This document shows positions 25,721 through 39,814 of a stretch of DNA of 64,000 nt, in pieces. The number at the start of each line of letters is the position of its first letter. The stretch's first letter is position 1. Under the pieces are notes generated by a model. It was given only the letters and a program-made list of their open reading frames with translations, searched no databases and had not been told where the DNA came from. This DNA is from Podarcis bocagei. Taxonomy: Eukaryota. The position numbers and the translations under genes were made by a program. The stretch is from assembly GCA_964188305.1 (NCBI GenBank), contig OZ076889.1. One strand, 5' to 3'.

Positions 25721-27904
25721 TCAATGATCTAACTTCCTACCTTTGAGACTTCTCTGTTCTGGTAACTGAGCCACAGACTGAAGAGTAAAGAGGCCATTTC
25801 CCATGAACTGGGCTTGCAGATTTAATCTGGCTGTAGGGAGGGGGGCATTCTAATGACACAAACTTTTATGTATGTGAGCACCTTTTTTACCTTTGGGAAT
25901 ACTATTTGTAGGCTTTGGGCTGCCTTCATTTATTTAAACCAGAAATCTATTTGTATTTCAGCAGTGACATTCAAAACTAGTTAAAATAAATTGAAAAGCA
26001 TCCAGCTTTGAAAAGTAGTCTTCATTCAGTGTAACTTTCCTGAATGTTTTGCCCTGCTGTGAAAGTGGGTTGTTTTTTATTATTATTTAATATTTATTTC
26101 TTCCACTATGGAAGTCACTGAAACATCTGTTGGGAAGATCTAGTGGCCAATAGAAAAAAAGAAGAAAATTGCTTGACATGGAAAAGGGATTTGATGCCAT
26201 ATCATTGCAAAACGCAGCAAGTACAAGAATATGGATGAATTTGGGGAAGCAGAATGCTGTGGTCTAATAGGAAGTCTACTGCTCTCTTGGGATAAGTCTG
26301 TGGATGATAATAAATCAAGAGGAGCATGACTTCTGGCTGTTCCTGGGGATTATTTTGTTCAAGCTCTAAGAAAGGAAGTTAAAACATGCAGAGAGGCAGA
26401 CTGGCTGTTTTTCTGTTTGTGTTTTTTTACTCCAAGAAAAATGCTGACATGGTTACTAATTATGTAATAAGTGGGTAGCTATAAGGAACTTAAAAACCTG
26501 ACAAATTTAGTGTTTTGAGGTGAGGAATAGGTTGGTTGGTTGGTTGGATGCATGGAAGGGAGCAGTGCTCATTCCTGATTGATTTTATTTTAAAATTTAG
26601 CATTAACCCCTCCTGCTTGGCTGCACCAGTAGTGCCTCAAAACCTTTTAGCTCCAGCAAATAAATCAGCACATCCCTGCTGTCTGTTGCATAAATAAAAT
26701 ATGCACATTGTTAACTCTGCATTATTACAGGGTATCTGTACTTCAATATTTATGAAAGTGTCATCTGTTGTTTTGTGTTGGCTTTGTCTCAGTTTCTGTA
26801 ACAGAGAGAAAGAAACAGAAAGAGGTGTGTGTAATGTACACTCTGAGCTCCCATTGTCTCGGAAGGTGTTCGGGTGCTCTCTCTCTTTCTCTCTCTCTCT
26901 GTGTGTATGTGAAAGAGAGCTGATACTTTCAGAATCACTGTTCCGAATAGATAAATGGAATTGCCAGAGGGTTACTAATATCCTTTAAAAAGAGAAATAC
27001 TCTTTCTCCCTAAAGGAGGTGGGGAAAAAATTAGAGCAATTACATATGTATTGTGAACGTCTGTATCAAAAAGAGCAAAAAAGGAAGAGAATGGAAGGCT
27101 TTCCCATTCAGTGTTCTAAGTGTATAATTGGCCACAAATTGCTTGAAGGGAGAACAAGGAGGGGCAAGGGCAGTGTCTGTCCTCCGGAGTTTTGCAGAAA
27201 AGTCAGATTTCCTTCCATATGTATCAGTGGGTAAAAGATGGCAGGCACAGCAGATACTTTGGCATTGCCACAAGCAGCAGCCTAATGTGTCAACACAGAT
27301 TAGTCTTGCTGCATGTCTAGCATCTCTTCTGTATGTAGATGGATTTTGATCCTTTACTAGACAGGCTGTTGAAATGTCTGAGGGAAACTGAGCTGCCTCC
27401 CAAAGCACCTACTGCTCTTTGCTATACGCACTACTGTATGTGAGCTCAGTCTCCTGTTCAACTTTTAAGTAAGGATCAGGTGTTCAGTGGAATCCACACA
27501 CACACATACCCCGGCAATTGCATAAGATATTGACACTAAAATATTTGATACAAGCTTAATAAACACAAGACAACTGCAGACAATGTCAATTTGAGCCAGT
27601 GCAGCTGTTGTGAGGAAGCAAATGCTTTTTAAAATAATTGCATACAGGACGTTTTACTGGATCAACAATTCAAACTACATTCAATATTAAAAGCTCACCA
27701 GCATTTGTCAGATGACCTTTTGGTAATCGTGAGAAGTATTGATAGTGTGCATAAGTGTTCTTGAAATGGGATATCCTCTCTGGATTCCCACTTCTGGGCT
27801 TTGGACCATCCCTTGGCAGCCTGAAAAGATAATGGGCTTATCTTGTAGTGTTTTCGAATCGGCTCAGATAAGCGTTTTACCTAAGGGCTTCAAGTGCCGT
27901 TTTG

Positions 27905-28845
27905 CTCCCTAGAATCTACCCCAACCCCCTGCATTGCAGGAACCTCAGCTAAAGCATTCATGACAGGTGGCCATCCAGCCTCTGTTTAAAAACCTCCAAG
28001 GAAGGAGAGCCCACCACCTCTCATGGGAGTCTGTCCACTGCTGAACAGCTCTTACTGTCAGAAAGTTTTTTTTTATATGTTTAGTTGGAATCTCCTTTCC
28101 TTTAACTTGAAGCCATTGGTTCGAGTCCTACCATCCAGAGCAGGAGAAAACAAGCGTGTTCCCGCCTCCATGTGACAGCCCTTAAGATGTTTGAAGATGG
28201 CTATCTCCTCTCAGTCTCCTCTTTTCTAGGCTAAACATACCCAGCTCTTTCAAGCGCTCCTCATAAGGCTTGGTTTCCAGACCCTTGATCATCTTGGTTC
28301 TGGTCTGACTGCACTGGCTATCAATTCTGGGTCCAATTTAAATTTAAAGCGCTGGCTTTGACATATAAAGCCTCAAATGGCTCAGGATCGCAATACCCCA
28401 AGGACCGCCTCTTTCCATATGAAGCTACCCAGACCCTGAGATCATCTTCTAAGGCCTTTCTTCATGTGCCTCATTGAGAGGTCCAGAGGGTGGCAACACA
28501 AGAACATGCCTTCTCTGCAGTGGCTGTCCGTCTGTGGAATGCTCTCCCCAGGGAAGTTCACCTGGCGCCTTCATTGTACACCTTTAGATGCCAGGCAAAA
28601 ATGTTCCTTTTTAACCAGGCTTATGGTTGATATGATTTATTTATTATGCCCTTTTAAAATGTGGTTCTTTTGGGGGGGTGTTACTAGGTTGTTTTTATTT
28701 TGTGTGTGTGTGTGTATATATAATTTGGTTTTATATTTTGATTTTGTTCCTTGAATCATCCTGAGACCTCTGGGTATATAAATTCAATAAATAATAAATA
28801 AATAAATCATCTTGGTTACGCTCCTCTGCACATGTTCAACATCCT
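27905..28845 (-). mobile_element. CR1 LINE 3' fragment interrupted by an L2 insertion
   Basis: Reverse complement is similar to the CR1 at 53500-53930. The CR1 sequence resumes after 28805. Confidence 0.85.
28300..28805 (+). mobile_element. 5'-truncated L2 LINE with 12-bp TSD
   Basis: Encodes degenerate LHWL..FKALALTYKA.NGSG.QY..DRL..AFSAVA.RLWNALP. Has an (AAT)/(AAAT) tail. ATCATCTTGGTT lies at 28288-28299 and 28806-28817. Confidence 0.88.
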
Positions 28846-28928
28846 TCTGTCAGAAGGTTTTTCCGTATGTTTGGTCGGAATCTCCCTTTATCCATCAATC
28901 TTGGGATGGGGCATGTCCACAAGGTGTA

Positions 28929-28929
<1 letters not shown>

Positions 28930-28971
<42 letters not shown>

Positions 28972-29310
28972 TTATTATTATTCCATTTTCCACACACGTG
29001 TCTTAAGATGATGTACAAAATACAACAAAACAGCTAAAACCAACACAGAAAATAATAGCAAATAAATTTTAAAACAATACCAAGTAGACACCCTCAGGAG
29101 AGATCTATTCATCTAGCTGGGAAAGTTTGTTGGAAGAAAAAATGTCTTCAGTTGATTCTGGAAAGTGCAGATATTTTGGAAAGAATGCTGTTCCACAGAA
29201 CAGGGGCAGTCACAATAAAATCTCCCCTACAAGTTACAGTGCAGCAGGCTTCTGATACCTTGGAACTTGAAGGAGAACGGCAGGGCTTTTGCATTTTAAC
29301 AGATGTATTA
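28930..29310 (-). mobile_element. Old L2-like 3' end with (TTA)n tail
   Basis: (TTA)n at 28930-28980, followed by sequence organised like 32470-32980. Confidence 0.55.
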
Positions 29311-30060
29311 ACATGTCTATAACACCCTTCAGTTTAATTTTTTCAGGGATGTTTGCAATAGTTAATAAAACACAACAAAATGAAACCAACAAAAACAAAC
29401 AACAAGTCTCTTGCATTTCCAATGACCCTCAATGGCCCTGCATTGTTCCTTAATGGCCCTAGCTTGGCTAGCTCGTTTTGCATATGATAGCCCAGGAATG
29501 CCTCTGCAGCTTGTGTTTTTCCCTTCATATTCCAAATAATCAAAATCCTACCATTTATCAATGTTTAGGGTTTGGGAGGGACCCTTTATCCTTTTCAAAG
29601 CTAATACAGGATGGTTTTTAATGGCAGATCAGTTGACAATGCCCTGCTGCTCTCACCTGAAATTGTATTCAGGCATTAACTGAGTGTAACTGTTGTACCA
29701 CAGCCAGTAGTTGAATGATTGGGGATAGTCGCTTTAGGTGTAGTTAGGGCATAATTGAGATAATAAGAGATAATTTCTCTATACTCAGGTCATTTCAGCC
29801 CTGTAGGCATAGCATCCAAGTTTGTAACTGTTGCCACTCAATCTTGTTACTGTCAGCAGTACCGGTCGCCCCCCTCCCCCAACCAACTTTACGATCATTC
29901 TCCTGTACAGTACTGATTGGCTTATACAGAAACTTACACAGCAGTATGCAATTTTGCTTTATCTCTACTCTGCCACTTCCAATTAATTATAACTTTAGAA
30001 GAAAAATCATAGCACCACCTCCTTGTGTATAAGATGTAGAGAGGACCAGTATTTATTTCC

Positions 30061-30063
<3 letters not shown>

Positions 30064-30100
<37 letters not shown>
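30064..30100. repeat. (CA)n microsatellite
   Basis: Directly visible. Confidence 0.95.
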
Positions 30101-30103
<3 letters not shown>

Positions 30104-30163
30104 TATGAATGGTATTACCACTACAGTCTCACACTTATTGACATGGCAACACAACACCCACAC

Positions 30164-30514
30164 CCACTCAGCTTGCTGATCAGTTGGTCGGCGGTTCAAA
30201 TCTGCGCAGCGGAGCGAGCTCCCGTTGCTCTGTTGCAACTCCTGCCAATCTAGCAGTTCAAAAGCACACCAGTGCAAGTAGATAAATAGGTACTGCTGTG
30301 GCAGGAAGGTAAACGGTGTTTCCATGTACTCTGGTTTCCGTCACAGTGTTCCATTGCGCCAGAAGCGGTTTAGTCATGCTGGCCACATGACCCGGAAAGC
30401 TGTCTACGGACAAACGCCGACTTCCTCGGTCTGAAGCAAGATGGGCGCCGCAACCCCATAGTCGCCTTTGACTGGACTTAACCGCCCAAAGGGTCCTTTA
30501 CCTTCTACCTTTAC
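30164..30514 (+). mobile_element. Sauria SINE
   Basis: High similarity to 8576-8960. Retains many CpGs; tail cctttaccttctacctttac. Confidence 0.92.
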
Positions 30515-32470
30515 CGATACAGCAGACCACATTCTAAGTGTCCTTGAATACTTATTCCCCCCACTTTTCTACTCCTTGCCCCATTTTTTAACAGATTGAG
30601 ACTTGTAACTCTCATTGCTCTATATAGCTCAGATTATATATTTGTCATATTATAAAAAATATTCCTTCTGCTTTTCCATACTAAGTTTAGGGAAAGGAAA
30701 GTAGTTAAGCCTCCTGGTTTGGATGCATACACTGTCCATACCTGTTTTTCTGCTTTAAAAAAACAAACCTTTTTCTTGTTTTGTAGTTGAAGGTTATTTT
30801 TTATATTATAATAATAGGGATTCTAACACTAGCTCCCTAACTGTGGGTGGAAAGGCATCAGTTAAGAAAAGCTTTCCAAATCTGAAGTATAATGTTTTTC
30901 AAATGCATGCACTGGCATGAATATTTGAGATTTTTACAGCTTGAAAAAAGGAGTTTTTCAGTTTTAGTGCAACATATAGGACATGGGTCATGATGTTGAT
31001 TGTTCAAGGCAAGGATGCTATTTCAGGATTTTATATCTTTTACTGTACCTTAACCTTCAAAAGATAGTCTCATGACAGAAAATACTGTTTTAAAAGGCAG
31101 GTAACACCCACATTGTTGCAAGTATCTTTTATCAGTAACTTCTCAAAGCCTTTCTGTGTTTTTCTTTGAATTCCTGCTGCCTTGCAGTGTTATTCTGTGA
31201 TTTCTGGCTGTCCTAGATGAAAATGTATTTTAATGTGTGTGTCAGTTTATTCTGATTTTGGCTTCCCCCACTTGTAGATTTCTCCATAGTTCCTGTTGAA
31301 AGTCAAGTGTTGGATGCCTTGGGAGCTAGTAGGATGCCTACTGAAGGATGTTTGAAGATTCTCTCGCTTTCTAGCAGGGTCAGCCCTACCTACTATTAGG
31401 CAGACTGAAGTGACTTCCGCAGGCAGCAGATGCTGCTGCTGTTGTTGTCATGTTGGAAGACAGAGCTATGTGTTCTACAGAACTTGCCCTGTGCCCCCTA
31501 AGCTAGCCTGCTGCTCTAATAATAATTAAATTTTCAGGCAAGAAATTTCAGATTTCCTGTGGCAAGTCTCCACACTTTGAAATTTTCCTTAGAGAAATAT
31601 TTGTAATGTGCTTAGCAATCCTTTTACATGTCAAAACTGACCTGTGAGCTATGTTTAGTGTATCTGAACACTGACTCTAGCCACTCTAAACAGAAATGAA
31701 TATATCTTGGGGCTATGACCAACATACTAGTTCTCGGGTAGCAAGCACATCTGAAGTCCTGGAACTCATGGACTTAGAAATAGGATTTATTGTCTCTGTG
31801 GGGGCCAATACTTCTAGAGTAAGCTACTTCAACAATCCCTTCAACTTCACAAAATTTGGAAAATGTGCCTGGATTTTAGTCATAGAAATGGGCTTCAAGA
31901 CCTATATGCCTGTTGTTAATTCTGTTTCTAAACATTTCCATGTGATGATTTTGTCTTCTACCATGCCCCTTAGAAGTTTCCAAGCCCAGTCTTTCTGGCT
32001 CTTCCCCTCTTGTTGACACCATATAATTTTCCTTGTGCTTAGTAGGGATTCTTCCTTGAATCCTTGCCTTAGGCAAAGAATTGTAAATACAGAGGAGCCA
32101 CCCAGGGGATAGGAGATTACAGCAGCATGTGTTTCATGTATTCGTGAATTTTGTAATCAACATGTTAAAGAAGTGGCACACTTCTATTCCTGGTGGCTTT
32201 CCAAGGTTGTACTTCATAGGAACAGGGCATTGCAGTGCACTAGGTTGTGGACTGGCACACAGGAAGTTCTGGAACTGGGTATTTCACGGTCAGGTTAAAC
32301 ATTGTGAGGTGCAGAGAGGCAGAGCTTTCTGTGTTTTGAAATTGAATTTAATGTGGGACAAACACTGGCCAAATGTCTGGAAGTAGGGCAGTGTGGTTGC
32401 TTTGTGATACATGGATGATAGTTGAATGGTCTTTTTTCTGTTGAAAATTAGTTGAAAGTTAGTTCACTCC

Positions 32471-32471
<1 letters not shown>

Positions 32472-32519
<48 letters not shown>

Positions 32520-33320
32520 CCCACCTTTCCCCCAGACCAGAACTCAAGGTGACTTACAGATAAAAAATCAAAAGATAAAATAGAAACAGCTAATTGTATA
32601 TATAGAAAAGATTGTCATTAAAGAGAAATTAAACACTAATGAATTTAAAACAAAATAAAAAGAAGTTCTATTAAAAATACAGGCAATAACAATACTAGCC
32701 CCTTCCTGTAAAAATGCCAGTTTTCAAAGGCAGGTTGGAATAGAAAGGTCTTCACCTGCCGGCAGAAGGACCACAGGGAGGGAGGCAGTCTAAATAATGT
32801 AGGAAGGGAGCTCCAAAGTCTGGGAGCAGCCACTGAGAAGGCTGTCTCTCCCATGTCCCCACCAAGCATGCCTGAAAGGGCAGTGGGGAAGGGCCTCCCC
32901 ATGGAGATTTCAGAGGCTGTGCAGGTTTTTGTATGAGGGAAGATGGTATTTCAGATAGCTTGGACCCAAGCCACATAGGGCTTTACAGTGGTACCTTGGG
33001 TTAAGAACTTAATTTGTTCTGGAGGTCCGTTCTTAACCTGAAACTGTTCTTAACCTGAGGTACCACTTTAGCTAATAGGGCCTCCCACTGCCACTGTGCC
33101 GCCGCCACGCGATTTCTGTTCTCATCCTGAAGCAAATTTCTTAACCCGAGGTACTATTTCTGGGTTAGCGGAGTCTGTAACCTGAAGTGTCTGTAACCCG
33201 AGGTACCACTGTATAGGTAATAATAAACACTTTGAATTGGGCCCTGAAACAGACCAGTAGCGAGTGGAGCTCTTGTAACAAGGGAGTTGTATGTTGCCTA
33301 TAACCAGCCCTGATCCATAG
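32472..33320 (-). mobile_element. L2 LINE 3' fragment with (TTA)n tail, interrupted by a Tc1/mariner MITE
   Basis: Minus ORF 32645-32902 ETAFSVAAPRLWSSLP..RLPPSLWSFCRQVKTFLFQPAF matches the L2 C-terminus. Confidence 0.85.
32986..33211. mobile_element. Tc1/mariner MITE
   Basis: TIRs cagtggtacct / aggtaccactg flanked by TA on both sides. Near-identical copy at 63208-63439. Confidence 0.92.
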
Positions 33321-36300
33321 TTCTGGGGTTGGTTACAATAAAACCAAAGCATATGCAATTCCAACACAAATTAAGAGCAGATAAAGACATAGGATTCAGA
33401 GTAGACTCTTTGCAATTGGTAGACATAAGTGGATTGTGTCCGTTAATTTAAATGGGTCTCCTCTGAGTAAAACAAACATTAGACACAACCCATAGCAAAT
33501 CACTAAGAAAACTTCTTTATGAAGGCATCCATGGAATTTCCCGTGGCTCCTAATTTCATTGGCAGACTCAAATCCCCAATGTGCGAAAAATAAACAGAAA
33601 TGGCAGACATATATCTCAAAAGAATCCTAAAGTGCAAACTTACCATTGTATTGCTTATCAGAAGACAAGTGTTCTGAAGGGAGGCAAGACGTATACAGGT
33701 TTCATCATCTGCTCAGTAGTGGGACTCGCAGTGCTGTCACCAAACTGCAGCCAAGAAATTGCTGCCACCTTTCTTTTCTGGGAGTTAACTTCCTCACTGC
33801 CAGTTAACCATCAGTTCCAATGTAGAGGGCTGCTTGTGTATTTGTGCACAGGTGCACATAGTGTTTACAGAGCACTAACGTTAATCTAAAATACTTCTGG
33901 CCATTTTTCCATAATTAGCCCTGGTGGATTTAGTGTGAAGAATGAATATGGTTTCATTTTATAGCCAATGGTTTATTGAATTTGCTGATATTAGCAGCGT
34001 GTATTATATTGACATAGTTCCTGTTAACCGAGTCTTACTACAGACGTAAATGAGTACATGTATAATAACAATGTCTTTTTTATGAATTATGAGGGAGAGA
34101 TGTGGCTGTATCTGCCATGACTGAATGCATGGTGGTGGGGAATATCTTAAGCACAGTTACTGTGCTCAGTTCACTTGGTTTGGGTTTAATGTTTGCAATC
34201 CATGCTCTTAGTCTTGCACAGATCAATAGGTATACCTAACAATGCATCTCCTGAGATCCCACTGTTCTTTTACATATTTGTATACAATCTAAATGGGATT
34301 TCCCTTCCATGGGAAAAAGTCAGTTTCTTGGGATAATTTGTTAGTATTTTATTGCGTGGGGGTGTGTGTGATAAGAATAACAGCACTTACTCACATATGT
34401 TACTTTTAGAATCCTTAAAGGAAGATCTGTATTTATAACCCCTATATTACAGATGGATGGTATTAAAAATAGTGGCTTACCTGAGAGGCAAGATTCAGAC
34501 CAGGAGTTTCCTGATTGATGGATCAATCCTAGTTGAAGGAAGAATTGTAGACAGTCAGTTCATTAGTAAAAGCCTCATGTGATCATGTAATGGATCTAGA
34601 AAGACACACACAATCTCATGGTTTTAGAGGGCAACCATTAAAGGGTTATGCTGTCCTTTTTTAATAGTAACAAAAACCTAGTTTAGCCATCCCGTTCTAG
34701 TATTTGGGGGGCCCCTGTTCAGATGAGGCATCTAAAAGCATTGCAGTTTGTATATAGTCTGCAAAAGAAACATGTGCTGATATTTTTCATCAGTTCCTAG
34801 TAAGGGAACAACAACCTATTTTTCTTTAAATAGCATTCTCTGCAGCCTTCTCAGAATTTTCTGTGGTTCCCCCCTCCCCTTTGGTTAGGGTAGCTAATGT
34901 CAACTTTCTGTTGTTGAACCAAACTCTGTAATAATGGAGCAATGACACGTCGAGCTCTTTGTTTGCGAACTTATTAATCTGCTGAGAGAAAACACTCATA
35001 AGAAGAAAGAGATGGGAGGGGGCAGTAACTTAAGTGCAGCCATTAAAACGTATTATGGAGACCCTGGGCTTGTTCTAAATAGAGTAAAATTAGCAATGCA
35101 AATATTTCTACTCACCAATTATCCTAGATATAAATAGAAGGTCGGAGATCTGCACAGTTAATACCAGTCATGTTGAAACCTTTTCTCAGCAGTTCACCAG
35201 CAAAGTGGCTTTGTGTTTTCCAATCTGTATTCATAGGGTTTAAGGGACCTGGTGAGGAGGATGGAAAGGTGGAAACAGGTTTAAAGGGCTGTGAGGAGTA
35301 AATTATTTCTTGTGCTATTGTAAACAGAACAATCCAGTGATGTCTGGTTTCTGAATGGTAAATATGCACTCATTGATACATTAAATAAATACACATTTCT
35401 AGCCCATTGACTTCTCCAAAAATTATTTTTATATAGAATTTGCAAATCTAATGGCCCTGTTCTGAGTGCAGATCCAGAATAGTCTGATAACATTAGGAAC
35501 AAAAAGTATATGCCTACCAATATTTATTGTTCCTGCTGAGAAGGTGGCATATGTCTGGGTCTGAGAATTGCCTCTAAAAAGCTGGATTTGGTGTTTAAGG
35601 GTATGTCCAGATAGCTCTGATTTTATAAACTAGATGTACTATTCCAGCCTCTTATCTGTATTATAGATAATGCTGGAAACTTCACCAAGTCAGTGCATGC
35701 TTTGCAGGCGATGTGTGGCTAGTGAGTGGCCAGGGGTTAGGCTGATGGATAAAAATACAGCCAGGAAGGTCTATATTCAGTACCCTCCCACACCAGCTTC
35801 AGACTGAAGCTCAGACACCTTTTGTAGGAAGAGCCCTTGAGCTGGGGAGCAGAAAAGTCAGAGAATGGGGTACATGAATTGAATGTCTCAGTACTTGCTG
35901 CACTGTTAAAAGCACTCAGTCAGGAGTATTGTTGCTTTAGGCCAGGTCAGATCAGAGACATTGTGCATTACTTCTGAACTTGGGGGGCCTTGTGCCAAGT
36001 AAAGGTTGAGGTGGATGGACAGTGGGCTTCTTAATAGGTTACAAGTCTGGCATCTGCTTAATTCCACTAGTATATTGTATCAGCCATGATGGCCTCTGTT
36101 GCATAAGGCACAGACTCTCCTAATATTTGTAAAGATTAGGATAAGGAAAAACCACTCTTATGAGCAACAGAGCTCTTTTATACCACAAGTTTATAAATGA
36201 ATTTATTGGTTATAAGCCATGGTTCTATCAATATTTAGAGATAAGACTATACTGTAAGTATAGGTTACAAGACTTTATTTTCAGGCAGCTAACAGCTTGG

Positions 36301-39300
36301 AAACTAGATTATAAAGTTACAGTATAAGAGTATGCAGAGGAACATCTCTGTTACATGGTTGTTTTCATGACAAGATAATTCTTAGAAATATAAACCTAAA
36401 TGGAACAATGATCTGCAGACTCATGCTTGAATCTCCAGGAAAAAACAAAACTGATGATTCCAATGAAACTTTTATTTCTAAAATGAATTATACTCAGTGC
36501 TGATGTCAACACACTTTGTGATCACTGGGCTCTGAATACAAATTTTCCAGGCCCAGAAAGCATGCCAGTATTACAAACTGTGTTTCTGCTGTTTTGATTG
36601 CTATTTGATATAGAGAACAGTTTATCCCTTCCCACATCATTCACATTGATGACTGCAACAACAGCGGTGGCAGGGAAGAAGGTATTTGGCTCTCTTTCCT
36701 TTTGCCTCCTTCCCTGGTGCTTGGACCAGTTTCTACAGTTGGATTTGGAATTTTTGTTCACTTCTGAATCACGCTCGGGAAACGCAGCCTGTCTGCCATG
36801 CAAAAATAGGAAAATAGCTAGGTTAATTCTGCGCCAAGTTCAAACCCTGTTGTGCTCCAGTGACATCACAGAGAGTGTGGCAGGTTCTTAATTTCTCCCC
36901 CTAAATTCCTCTTATGAGCCCTCAAACCCTCTTAACTGTGTGCTAATTTAGCTGTGGCAGCAGCACAGCGGGGACTTTTCTCTTCCTGGCATTGTTAATG
37001 CTGCTGTGGCAGTTCCTTGGCATCTGGATGGGGGAAAAGACCTCCCAACCATTGCCGCTCAAGGAGCAGCAGCCAGGAGCAAGTGTGTGGGAGCTGTAGC
37101 ATATGTATGTCAGGTTTATTGTTCATAGTTAAAAGTGCAGGTTTTAGGGGTATGCAGGAAGTTTTTCTCCAAAAAAACCCAGTTCTCCCCATTTTATTTT
37201 ATTTTTAATTTCTCTATAAAAATTGAAATCTCTCCTCCTCTCTTTGTCACAGCACAAATGTTCAGTTTGAGAACACATGTGGCCACCACCTTGCTGAAGC
37301 AGTCTGAGTATCTGGATAGGTGACTTCCAGTGAACCATATGTAGACTACACTGGGTTCCATGATGGAAGACAGGTGGAATATAATGAGAAGGAAATAAAT
37401 AATAAACAAATAAATAATAGAAAGGGGGGATTTTGCTGCTGGAAAGCACCTCCTTTAAAATGAGAGGCAGAATTAAGTATACAGAGCACACTGAAATGTT
37501 GACCAAGGAAGAGGTTACTTATTCCTAAAATGGGGATAGGCAGAATTTAAATAGTGACAGGTTGAACCATTTTAGTTCAAACACAAACACATTTTCTTGC
37601 AGATTTAGATAGCTAAGCTGGATAAGGAAATGTGCTGAAAAAGGAGCAAGTCCTAGTGAAATAGAAAGTCAATACTGAGCATGTTTAGTGCTCTATAATA
37701 GCATTGATGGAACTTAGAGACTTAGAGACTTAGAGAATTAAAACACTTTGCAAGTTCCAACTATGATAAAATGATAAACAGGAGTGTAGGTTTTTCCAAA
37801 ACTGTTAAACCTTCACATTAGGCATGACGCCATTGAGCTTCTCTGAAACATGCTTCCAAATTTCTCCCTAGGGCTCACAGCAAGAGAGACTGTGAAATGT
37901 CTCACTGGAAGCCTTTTGAAATGAAAAACTGAATATCACTATAAATGTGTCCTTTGTTTTTAGAAAATATTGGTTTAGGAGATCATGAGTGGCAAAAGCC
38001 CTTCTAAGGCATAATTACAATTTGTACTTCCAAATTCAGCCATTCTGCATAATTCTTAAAGACACCTATTAGAAGAGATGCTCTTCATTGAATACAAGCC
38101 ACCAATAGCTTCCCTGTCTCCACTGTGCTATGGAAGCCAGCATTTGAAGAATCAGAGATCATTGTTGCTATTATTGTTTAAATTTATATCCTGCCCTTCT
38201 TCCCAAAGGAGCCCCACATAGCCAGTTCCTCCAAGGAGCCAACCTACATAAGGATTTAGATTACATAAGTTCTCTGCTGATAAAACACCTCTTTATAGCT
38301 GCAATAGTGAGAAGAGCTTCAGCTGGCAGCGCACACTGAGAACTGTCCATGGTTATGACTTTCCTGATCTCTGCTCAAAGAGATCTGACCCACCCTGCCC
38401 TGCCCTTCCCAGAAATCACACTGCTTAACTGCTTCCCCTTCCTCATGCCTCAATGGAACACACATTGTCCTTCACCCTTAAATGAATATTCTGCACATCA
38501 GCCAGGTCCCTCAGTGATTATCTCAGATATAAAGTGAGGTAGAGCCCATGAGCATTCCAATTATTTGTTTATCCCCCACTTCCAAAAGGAGAACAAACAG
38601 AGATATCTGAAAGACATGAACTCAGTTCTTCATCCCAACATCACTTCAGAAGTGGGGGCAGGCTGAACGTTATCTGCTGAGCATGACACATTTTTTCTTC
38701 CAGAGACAACAATCATTTAAGGGCCAAAATCATCAGAGCATGCTCAACTGACCTAGGCTCCCAAAGCCTTCATGAGACCAAGGAAAGTAGCAGGCCACTT
38801 ATTTCTCCTCAGGCAGAAAATTCTCTGTTTTATCAGGATGAAGACTAATGTCTAGCTGCTTCCTGCTTTTGTTGGGGATTTTATCTTGTCAGCATGAGAA
38901 AAGTAAATGACCGTGGCTGCAGAGAGATCATTTAAAGGCAAGCAATGATTAGGTGAACACAATATATGGGTGTGGGAGGGGAAAGGGGAGAAAAAGAGTA
39001 AACAGATGCTACAATGTGGCTATTAAGAAGAAAGATTAGAAGAAAGTAAAATGAATTTCCTATAATATTTGAATTTAATTTTTTGTGTACCATAGAAATG
39101 ATTTCTGTTGTGACTGCTGGACCAAGGTTTTGAAAATATTTGTGTTCCTTGTTAATTGCATATATCAGTATTTTTACGTTCTGTCTTTCATATTCCAGAG
39201 ATGGTTGTTCTTCACCTCTCCCAGAGTGTATGAGATGCACTTGTTTCTTTGTAACTGATTGTGCCTCCCTCTCTAGTTGTGTTAATTTCTTTTGTATTAG

Positions 39301-39761
39301 ACTTCTCCTCAGGGGGAGATTTGGTTGACTTTGTGCAACTTGTGGCTCTGCTAGGGTGGTGTATAGCAGCAAGTATAACCTAGACTCAATTTGAATGTTT
39401 TATTACACTACATAGGCACCATCTGGATCCTGATGATTAAAACAAGCCTTCAGAGCTGCATGGGGCTTTCAACTTGCGTCACCAAAAACAGAACAAAGTA
39501 AAACACCCAAGTATAAAAACAAAAGTTTCATATGCCCAAGATGAGACAAGGTGTTTCAGAAGCCTAGGGCAATGTGAGTGCCAAAAGGATTTATCATTCA
39601 AGCCACAGATAATTCAGACATTACTTCTGCATAGTTCATTGGTTTGGCAGTATCCCATCCTCCAAAGGAGAGCAGAATTAAATGAAGGGGAGGGAATCCC
39701 AAGGCACAACAGGGAGGAGTGTAGAACAAATAGATAGAGGAAGAATGCTTGTAATATCATG

Positions 39762-39762
<1 letters not shown>

Positions 39763-39811
<49 letters not shown>
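39763..39811. repeat. (TA)n microsatellite
   Basis: Directly visible. Confidence 0.95.

Positions 39812-39814
<3 letters not shown>

Noticed and set aside
36451-36490. CTGATGA...GAAAC hammerhead-like spacing
   Set aside because: No convincing stem II or stem III and no NUH cleavage triplet could be built.
38932-39372. 146-aa minus ORF
   Set aside because: Poor acceptor context, no ATG start, and it drifts into AT-rich low-complexity sequence. No recognisable homology.
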